Below are positions 55,089 through 64,000 of a DNA stretch of 64,000 nt, in pieces (position 1 is the stretch's first letter; the number at the start of each line of letters is the position of its first letter). This DNA comes from Octopus vulgaris (taxonomy: Eukaryota). Where the stretch lies: assembly GCA_951406725.2 (NCBI GenBank), contig OX597832.1:61876001-61940000 (forward strand). Reading direction: 5' to 3'. Position numbers and translations under genes: made by a program. A model generated the notes under the pieces. The model was given only the letters and a program-made list of their open reading frames with translations. It searched no databases and was not told where the DNA came from.

Positions 55089-55494
55089 GTTTGTTTATTT
55101 TTCCATTGTCAATCTAGTTTTATTACCCGGGAGTATTGTTCTAATATTTATGGAGTTATAAATCAAACATGAATTTTCTTGCAGAACATTTCTCTGCTAC
55201 CACAAGAATTTCGAGTGTCTACTTAGAAAGTCTTCAGAATTCTTGGTGGTGCCAGTTGTTGTTCAGTTGCTGACTGAGTCATTAATGGACGGCCGTTGTA
55301 AATACACACTTTTGCTTGTTTGTGAGGGTTTGGGCGTAGAGTGTGTATGCGCATGTGTAGGCTTTTATTTATAATTTTGTTTAGCTTGTTATGTTGAGTG
55401 TTAGCTTCAACTTAACTATGCATTCTTTGTGCGACAGGCATCACTGGGTAAGTTTCTCGTGTCACTGTTTTAAATTACTTTACGTTATGATTTC

Positions 55495-55685
55495 GGGGGA
55501 TCGTTAGTGCGTCGGACAAAATGCTTTGCGTTATGTGTTCTGGCGTTTATGCTCTTAGTTCAAATACCGCTATGGACAATATATGCATTTCATCCAGCTG
55601 GAGTCGTTGCAAAAGAGTGCCTGTACAACAAAATAGGGTCTACGTAACTGACAAAACAATACCCACAAAATTGCTGACCTTGGAA
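55495..55685 (+). mobile_element. SINE family B, decayed
   Basis: ATCGTTAGTGCGTCGGACAAAATGCTT..AGTTCAAATACCGC. Confidence 0.6.
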
Positions 55686-55779
55686 ATGGTTATTTCAAAT
55701 GGTTATTTCAAATTGCCAGTTTACCGATTCTCTTTTTGTTTTTTGCAAAAAACAACTTAAATATTCTCAGCTACATTGC

Positions 55780-55988
55780 TTTCAAGTTTTGTCACAAGGA
55801 CAGCAATTTCAGGGAGGCTTAAGCCGATTAGATCGACCCCAGTATAAAACTGGTACTTATTTCATCGACCCTGAAAGGACGAAGGGCAAAAGTGACCTCG
55901 GCGGAATCTTAACTTAGAACGTAAGTATGGACAAAATGCTACTAAGCAGTTTGCCCTGCCTGCTAGCGATTCTGCCACGTCGCGGCCT
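55780..55988 (-). mobile_element. SINE family B
   Basis: ATCGACCCCAGT..CTGGTACTTATTTCATCGACCCTGAAAGGACGAAGGGCAAAAG. Confidence 0.85.
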
Positions 55989-56049
55989 TCATCCCCAGTC
56001 CTGTTGAGACTTCCAATAACGATATTTATAGCAGCTGTGGTAAGCGATA

Positions 56050-56450
56050 GGTAGTGGGTAGCGATTCTCTTCACTACTTCAGGGAGTGACGACCCTGCCT
56101 GATATGAGTCCCGGTCACAGCTGTCTCCGGCTGACAGTACCCGGTATGGGCCCCTATCCAGGGTTATGGAAAGGAGATAACATTCAAAGAAATCCGGGGT
56201 GGAGTCCCGTAGGCGGTTTAGTGTTCGACTCCACACTCTTCCAGCAGCTCCTGCAACGAAGCTGGTGCCAAATGTAATGCTCTGCTCTCCCTTGGACTAC
56301 ATCAGCAAGGTCAAGAGAGGAATCCCGATGATTGGGCTACCCATGATTTTCTTACATCTAGCCCAGGCCTGCGCAAAACTGGAGAGGACATGAAATATAA
56401 AAACCAGACTGGATTAGTTTATGCGCAACTCCATTGTCTCTCGAGACAAA
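56050..56450 (+). mobile_element. Probable RTE-type LINE 5' UTR fragment
   Basis: GC-richer island with CCGGGGTGGAGTCCC..AGGCGG, CTGCAACGAAGCTGGTGCCAAA and TTGGACTACATCAGC, resembling RTE 5' regions as recalled. Confidence 0.5.
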
Positions 56451-56454
56451 AAGA

Positions 56455-56606
56455 TGATTGGTAAGAGATTGCTTTCCAACCACACAGGTCCGGGTTCCGT
56501 CCCACTGCTTGGCATCTTAGGCAAGGGACTTCTACTATAGTTTCGGTCCGACCAAAGACTTGTAAGACTATTTGTTTGGTAGATGGAAACTGAAAGAAGC
56601 CTTTAG

Positions 56607-56644
<38 letters not shown>

Positions 56645-56975
56645 CATACATATATTTATACACAGACAACACAGACACACACGCACATTACACATATATA
56701 TACAGACAGACAGACAGATATATATATAGATAGGTAGGTAAACAGATATATACAATTATGCATGCATGCTTGTGTGTATCTTTGTCCATAACCATCGCAT
56801 GACACCCGGTGCTGGTTTGTTTATTTTCCCGTAAGGTAGCGGGTCGGCAAACGACAGAATATATATCAGACTCCACGACTAACTACTGAAGTCCATTTGT
56901 TCAACTGAACGACTAAACCTGTCAAGGGAGGGCCCCGGCAAGGCTACTGGCCAGTGAGTGGAAAAAATAAATGAT
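56455..56975 (+). mobile_element. SINE family A, decayed
   Basis: CCAACCACAC..GGGTTCCGTCCCACTGC..GGAAACTGAAAGAAGCC. Confidence 0.78.
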
Positions 56976-57514
56976 GAAAGACACACACAAATAGAAGCAG
57001 ACGAGAACACTATATCACTCATAGCAACATCCGTGGTTTTAAATTTTTCCAAAAGTTTATCTGAGAAAACTTATAATTCCACGTTTGTATACACGTTGTA
57101 GATATGTGTACACATTTTTATTTAACCCAATGTTTTTTCAATACGTATATAAATTAATAATTACGATGTAAAGCTATCCTTCGCTGATGAGGCCTGATAT
57201 GACCGGAATATGCTCAAAGTTATCGTCATGCTTACCACAGATCACATTCGCTCCATAGACGAATTTGAACGTCAGAGTTGTCACCCTTTACGGAGGCGAA
57301 AATTATCATTGACAGAAATGATGTTTCTTTGGATTACCGCTGAAATTTAGACTAAGAATTCTTAGTGATTCACTTTATGCAAGTACACCCCTAAGTATGT
57401 ACGTAAAAAATAATTTGCACGAACTATTAAAACGAAAAAAAAAAAAACCCACTACAGGATCACTCGCCATGTTAACAATATACAGCATAGAAAGATAGAA
57501 AATGAAGACGGATA

Positions 57515-57695
<181 letters not shown>

Positions 57696-57733
57696 TTCTG
57701 TGTGTGTGTGTGTGTGTGTGTAGGTGTGTGGCT

Positions 57734-57779
57734 ACCCGAAACCATGTGGTTGGAAATTTCCAACCACATGGTTTCGGGT
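57734..57779. repeat. Perfect 46-bp spacerless palindrome made from a SINE A head
   Basis: ACCCGAAACCATGTGGTTGGAAA|TTTCCAACCACATGGTTTCGGGT. Confidence 0.95.
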
Positions 57780-57929
57780 TCAGAGGAAAAAACATAAATA
57801 AATACTGGGGGGGGGGGGGGCGATTTATTCAGCTAAAATGTCTTCAAGACTTCGCCTCACGATGGCCCCACAGTGAAACGATTGAGACATACGAAAAGTA
57901 AAAGATAAATATATAAATAAATATATATA

Positions 57930-58297
57930 GGCGCAGGAGTGGCTGTGTGGTAAGTAGCTTGCTAACCAACCGCACGGTTGCGGGTTCAGTCCCACTGCGT
58001 GGCATCTTGGGCAAGTGTCTTCAGCTATAGCCCCGGGCCGACCAATGCCTTGTGAGTGGATTTGGTAGACGGAAACTGAAAGAAGCCTGTCGTATATATG
58101 TATATATATGTATATGTGTGTGTGTTTGTGTGTCTGTGTTTGTCCCCCTAGCATTGCTTGACAACCGATGCTGGTGTGTTTAGGTCCCCGTCACTTAGCG
58201 GTTCGGCAAAAAGAGACCGATAGAATAAGTACTAAAAGGTGGTGCTCCAGCATGGCCGCAGTCAAATGACTGAAACAAGTAAAAGAGTAAAAGAGTA
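57930..58297 (+). mobile_element. SINE family A, well-preserved near full-length copy
   Basis: GGCGCAGGAGTGGCTGTGTGGTAAG (A box), GGTTCAGTCCC (B box-like), tail ACAAGTAAAAGAGTAAAAGAGTA; internal deletion near 58234. Confidence 0.95.
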
Positions 58298-58474
58298 TAT
58301 GTATATATATATATATATATTGCGCCAGTACTCATTGTTTCTCATTTCATTCGACGTGGTTATTCAGACGTGAAAACAGAAAAATGAAAGAATAAGTATG
58401 TTTTCTTCCGTTGGCTTATCGGCACGCACACACACACACTCACACACATACACGCACACACACACACATACACG

Positions 58475-58510
<36 letters not shown>

Positions 58511-59530
58511 AACACACACACAACTAGACAAAACACACAAACGCACACCCACGCGCACACACACCCATGCACACACACGCGAGCAAACGTATGACAAAAT
58601 ATATACGGCGTTCCCGTTCAAATTGCTACGTCTACCAAGAATGATAAAGACCCAGGCATGGCAATTTGGCGCATCATAATTACGTAGAATGTATGTCGAA
58701 TTATATACGAGTGATTCTGCGAAAATATAATAATTACTATGTTTGTTAGTGTTTGTATACACGACTCCACTTGTGTGTGTGTATGTGTGTGTGATTGTTT
58801 GTGGGGTTGAAAATGCATAGAATTTAGTATACATGTTGTGTGTGCATGGGTGTGTGTTTTGTGTAGGTATGTGTGTGTGTAAGTGCGTGAGTGTTTGCCT
58901 GTGTGTGAGTCTGTGTGTACATGTGTGCGTGTGTGTGTAGTGATTAGTGTTGGTCGGTAGGGATGATATGGTATTCCTATATGGAAAATATAGCCGTGGA
59001 ATGTATACTGTTAATTGAGAGCTAGAACAACATTAACAGCCGCATCAACACACGCAGACACACAAACAGACACACACACACACACACACAGACACACACA
59101 CACACAGTACACTAGAAAAACAAGAAACAAAGACAAAATACATAGAAAAGAAATGCCAATGTATATATACATATATATATACATTTATATATATATATAT
59201 GTATGTAAGTATGCATATATTTATGTTTTTATGTATGTATATATATATTTATGTATGTAGGTATTTATATATGTATATATATGTATATATTTGTATATCA
59301 ATCTATCTCTCTATCTCTCTATCTACCTATCCATCTATGTGTGTGTTTGTTTCCATGTATCTATTTGTGAAAATAATATGTACGAAAATCATTCACTAAT
59401 TATATCTGAATAAGAGAAAAAGAATATAAAGAAAACAAAACAGGAAATGGCCAAAAGTCAGTACATTATACACATGCATACATACATACATACATACATT
59501 CATTTATACATACATACATTCATACATACA

Positions 59531-59564
<34 letters not shown>

Positions 59565-59578
59565 CACACATACATACA

Positions 59579-59611
<33 letters not shown>

Positions 59612-59754
59612 GTGTGTGTGTGTGTGTGTGTGTGTACCTACATACATATATATATATATCTTTTATATATAAATACATAAAATAACATACTGATGCGACA
59701 ACAAAAATATGTACGTATTTATTGACAAAGACACACACCACACACACGCGCACG

Positions 59755-59793
<39 letters not shown>

Positions 59794-59802
59794 CATACAT
59801 AC

Positions 59803-59852
<50 letters not shown>

Positions 59853-59856
59853 TATG

Positions 59857-59906
<50 letters not shown>

Positions 59907-60373
59907 TGTTTGTGTATGTATATCTGCTTAATCAGTAATCAGACTTTTGTATTAGATATATCAATAATTTGTGATTATCTGTTATCAAGGGAGACGGCTA
60001 ATAACCAACAATACGACACTGGCGACGGTTAAGGCGGCGGCAGCGGCAGTGGTGGTGGTGATGACGGCCATTGTGGCTTTGTGTTGGTGATGGTGATGTC
60101 GCACACGCGCTGTTTCGTTTTTTAATAAGATAAATTATCCGCACACCGATGTCTCCAGCGTTATTTGCTTGTCGTGTCCTTGCTTGTCAATCATGATATC
60201 TTTGCCAGTTTGCGTTACGCGTTTCATTGCGGTATGCTTGTAGATAGTGTATCATGTCTTCCCTTAATGGATTTATTTTTTATGGAAATAATTTCATTTT
60301 TGGACAACTTTTTTTATAGGGAATTTTTGACGGCGGGTTTTTAGATACATTTTGTGCATTTTTTATATAAGTA

Positions 60374-60422
60374 TAACTTAGGTAACTTACATCTGTTTCG
60401 GCCAAAGATTGGCTCAGGCCAC
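60374..60422 (-). mobile_element. Short CR1 3' terminus
   Basis: AACTTAG..TGTTTCGGCCAAAGATTGGCTCAGGCCA matches 45205-45251. Confidence 0.65.
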
Positions 60423-60429
60423 ATTACTA

Positions 60430-60800
60430 CGGCACTGTATTGGTTACGACGACGAGTGTTCCAGTTGATTCAATAAACGGAACAGCCTGCTCGTGAAATT
60501 AACGTGCAAGTGGCGAGCACACCACAGACACGTGTACCCTTAACATAGTTCTCAGGGACATTCAGCGTGACACAGCGTGACACAGAGTGGTATTCGAAAC
60601 CAAAAATGTTTCCAGCCGATAAGCTAGACAGGACAGGGGTAGTCGTCCGATGTTAGTGTCTAGTATGTGACAGTTATGTAGATGTGTGAACTTTAACTAT
60701 ATATGTTGACGTGCTTGTGTGTGTTTTTGTGAGTGTGTGTATAATCTCAGGAAGATTGAGCGTGACACAGAGTCTGACACAGAGCGGGGCTTTTTGAAAG
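60430..60800 (-). mobile_element. SINE family C 3' part, interrupted by a 155-bp insertion
   Basis: ACGGAACAGCCTGCTCGTGAAATTAACGTG..CAGACACGTGTACCCTTAAC matches 44780-44850. Confidence 0.85.
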
Positions 60801-60914
60801 TAACACACACGATAGTCGAGGGATTATTGTATTTTGAGATTATCTATGGATTTAGGACCTTGTAGACAACAGCTGCTTCGAATGTTGGCACAAGTTCAGC
60901 AACTTCGAGGAAGG

Positions 60915-61112
60915 GGGCGACCTGGCCGAGGCGGTAACGCACCAGGTAAAATGCTTAACAACATTTCGTCTGTCTTTACATTCTGAGTTCAAATTCCGCT
61001 GAGGTCGACTTTGCCTTACGTCCTTTCGGAGTCGATAAATTAAGTTTCAGTTGCATACTGGGGTCGAAGTAATCTACTTACACCGACCCATGAAATTTCA
61101 AACCGTGTGCTA
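60915..61112 (+). mobile_element. SINE family B
   Basis: TTCTGAGTTCAAATTCCGCTGAGGTCGACTTTGCC..GTCGATAAATTAAG. Confidence 0.85.
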
Positions 61113-61169
61113 AGAGGAGTGGGGGGAACCCTATCTGACCCGGCTGTGATGGGAACTAGAGCCCTTCCC

Positions 61170-61605
61170 ATTCACCTGCATGCAGCTCTCGATACTGTTA
61201 TAAAGTCGTTGCAACATGGTCGAGATGTTGAAAAAGGCATGATCCGGTGGCTTATTTGCATCATCAACCATGTATGAGTATTAGAGCGGCACCCAAATGA
61301 CCACATCCTGGGCATCATCCTCGCTTTCTGGAAACGAAAGGGCGACAAACTCGTCTGCTGGAAGCACAGGGACATTACACTTCTCTCCATCCCGGACCAG
61401 ATCTTCATTAGGATCCTACTATGACGTGCTCTTTCTGCAATAAGAAGCAGATACCGCCCACAAAAAAACCGACTTCATGCCGATTCAATCTACCGCCGAC
61501 CATATTTTTGCCCTTCGTTTCATCAAAGGACGGCCACTTCTACACCGAATTCGTCGACTTCAACGCGGACGAAGACACATCCCTATTAAAAATTCGCCAG
61601 CTCTG
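61170..61605 (+). mobile_element. RTE-clade LINE RT N-terminal fragment
   Basis: GIILAFWKRKGDKLVCWKHRDITLLSIPDQIFIRILL (K.KGD...C.N.R.I.LLS motif). Confidence 0.8.
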
Positions 61606-61619
61606 TAGGTATATGTGTA

Positions 61620-61798
61620 TGCTGGCTGGTGTGTTTACGTCTCCGTAACCTGGAGGATCAGCAATAGAGATAGATAGAATATGTACTAGACTTACAAAGA
61701 ATAAGTCCTGGGGTCGATTTTTTCGACTAAAGGTGGTGCTCCAGCATGGCCGCACTCAAATGACTGAAAGAAATAAAAGAATAAACGAATAAAAGAAT
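61620..61798 (+). mobile_element. SINE family A, 3' half
   Basis: CTTACAAAGAATAAGTCCTGGGGTCGA..GGTGCTCCAGCATGGCCGCA. Confidence 0.85.
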
Positions 61799-61828
61799 AT
61801 ATATATATGTATATGTATATATATGCAT

Positions 61829-61874
<46 letters not shown>

Positions 61875-61878
61875 ATGT

Positions 61879-61935
<57 letters not shown>

Positions 61936-62148
61936 TGTACATATAAATATACACACACACATTCTTATTGGTTGAGACCATACGGATCTTCTCCTAGCGT
62001 AAGGTTTTCCACATAGTGGTTAAAAAATTCCCCACTTATATTTATGTATGAAATACTATTTACTGAATCTCAGTTATTTTATATGCTAGACCACTGGTGT
62101 TAAAACTGATATTATCAAATGAATATCCAATTTTCACCCCTCATTTTG

Positions 62149-62221
<73 letters not shown>

Positions 62222-62494
62222 GAATATATGTGTGCGTGAGTGTGTGTATGAGTGTTTGTATGTATATATGTATGGATTTATGGGCGCGTGTGTTCATACT
62301 GAATACATGTATACATTTATAAATACATACATATATACACACATACATATGTGTATATGCTTGTATTCGATTTTGCCATTTCGTGGCTCTTTATTAAATA
62401 TTTCTGAAAGCTGCGTGATTTATTAATTTCTGCAGCAATTATAAAGCCTATGTTAAACGTCTAATTACGTGAATCAATTTCTGGTTCTTTAGTC

Positions 62495-62649
62495 GTATTC
62501 GAAACCAAATATGTCTCCAGCCGATAAGCTACACAGGACAGGGGACAGTCGGCTGATGTTAGTGTTTAGAATGTGACAGTTATGTAGAAGTGTGAACTCT
62601 AAACTATATGCTGACGTGCTTTTGTGTGTGTTTGTGAGTGTGTTTATAA
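62495..62649. repeat. Second copy of the 155-bp segment at 60590-60744
   Basis: GTATTCGAAACCAAA..CCAGCCGATAAGCTA..TGTGACAGTTATGTAGA shared. Confidence 0.9.
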
Positions 62650-62721
62650 ATGTATGCATTTATTTAAATATATATCATACATACATAATTTATATACATA
62701 TCCCATGAGTACGGCCCATTG

Positions 62722-62884
62722 ACGCAGGCGTGGCTGGGTGGTAAGAAGCTTGCTTACCAACCACATGGTTCCGGTTTCAGCCCCACTGCGTTGTACCTAA
62801 GGCAAGTGCCTTCTAATATATTCTCGAGGCGTCCAAAGCCTTGTGAGTGGATTTGGTAGTTGGAAACTGAAAGAAGCTCATTGT
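62722..62884 (+). mobile_element. SINE family A, 5' half
   Basis: CGCAGGCGTGGCTGGGTGGTAAGAAGCTTGCTTACCAACCACATGG..GCCTTGTGAGTGGATTTGGTAG. Confidence 0.88.
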
Positions 62885-62917
62885 ATATATATATGTATAT
62901 GTATGTGTGTGTGTGTG

Positions 62918-63075
<158 letters not shown>

Positions 63076-63113
63076 CATATATATGCACACATATATCTAT
63101 ATATCTGTATATC

Positions 63114-63154
<41 letters not shown>

Positions 63155-63342
63155 ATACACTGCCGAAAAAAGATTCGTAGTTTTGTGACGTACATGGTAG
63201 AGAATTGGTGGGGGGTAATACGAATTCATTCGTCTATATAAATGGGGATATGCTGATTAGCTTTTATATGTCCCGATGACGCTTGGTCAGAAATATAAGG
63301 GGTAAGTTTTCCTACCATCTTCAGATTTATAATTATCGAAAT

Positions 63343-63399
63343 ATTATGTTGATAACGGAAATGAATCTTATGATTCTAATCCAGAAACACGTCCGTAAT
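63343..63399 (+). ncRNA. Decayed hammerhead-like motif
   Basis: ATTATG-TTGATAA-CGGA..GAATC-TTAT-GATTC..TCCA-GAAAC-AC-GTC-CGTAAT; core mutated, stems retained. Confidence 0.4.
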
Positions 63400-63577
63400 T
63401 AATCGAAGACTTTGATTTCATTATTTTTCTTCTTTTTTGCAATGTATAAGTTACAAATATTGTCGTCTGTGGAGACATATTTTTGTAGAAAAAGGAAATA
63501 GTAGTCCTTAAGGCTGCTATTTCTAGAATTTTCGGTATGTGGTCAAGCAACTTGTTGCAAAACCCTTATTGTTATAA

Positions 63578-63692
<115 letters not shown>

Positions 63693-64000
63693 GTGTGTGT
63701 GTATGAATGTATGCATATATGTCTGTATATATGTGGCTATAATTATACATAATTTTATATACTACATTCTATTTCCTTTTGTTTTGTCTACGTCTAAATA
63801 TAAAATGGCAAGAAAATTCTTTTATCTTCTTAGTGGCTCAAATCGATGGAAGATTGCCAACGGGGCGCGGGGAGGGGCCAGCATCATATTCTTCACATCT
63901 GATATAATTATATGATGCTAAGATACAAATACGAAAGCCGACACTTTCTTATGAAAATATATGCGTATATACAAGTTTACATCCATATTTACACAGGCAT

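Noticed and set aside
57184-57220. CTGATGA-GGCC-TGATAT-GACC-GGAA possible hammerhead
   Set aside because: Second core box and stems I and III are too degenerate to support a call

Overview
AT-rich, repeat-saturated eukaryotic intergenic or intronic DNA. The SINE families and the extreme load of (TA)n, (CA)n, (TATC)n and (TAA)n microsatellites are most consistent with an octopod cephalopod genome (inferred from recognised repeat motifs, not from a search). No host protein-coding exon is supported; nearly all ORFs in the track are microsatellite translation artefacts. Content: about 25 tRNA-headed SINE copies from four families; a full-length decayed mariner; further Tc1/mariner, DD37D and hAT remnants; and fragments of CR1, Tx1/L1, RTE, R4/Dong-like and Penelope-like (GIY-YIG) retroelements. 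Two patterns stand out. First, about ten hammerhead-ribozyme-like motifs from several unrelated Penelope-type sequence families occur, some with non-canonical cores and some inside 250-500 bp fold-back palindromes. Second, retroelement clades appear to sort by microsatellite type: Tx1-like in (TATC)n, R4/Dong-like in (TAA)n, and short CR1 3' ends and Penelope remnants in (TA)n. All calls were made by eye and boundaries of decayed repeats are approximate.
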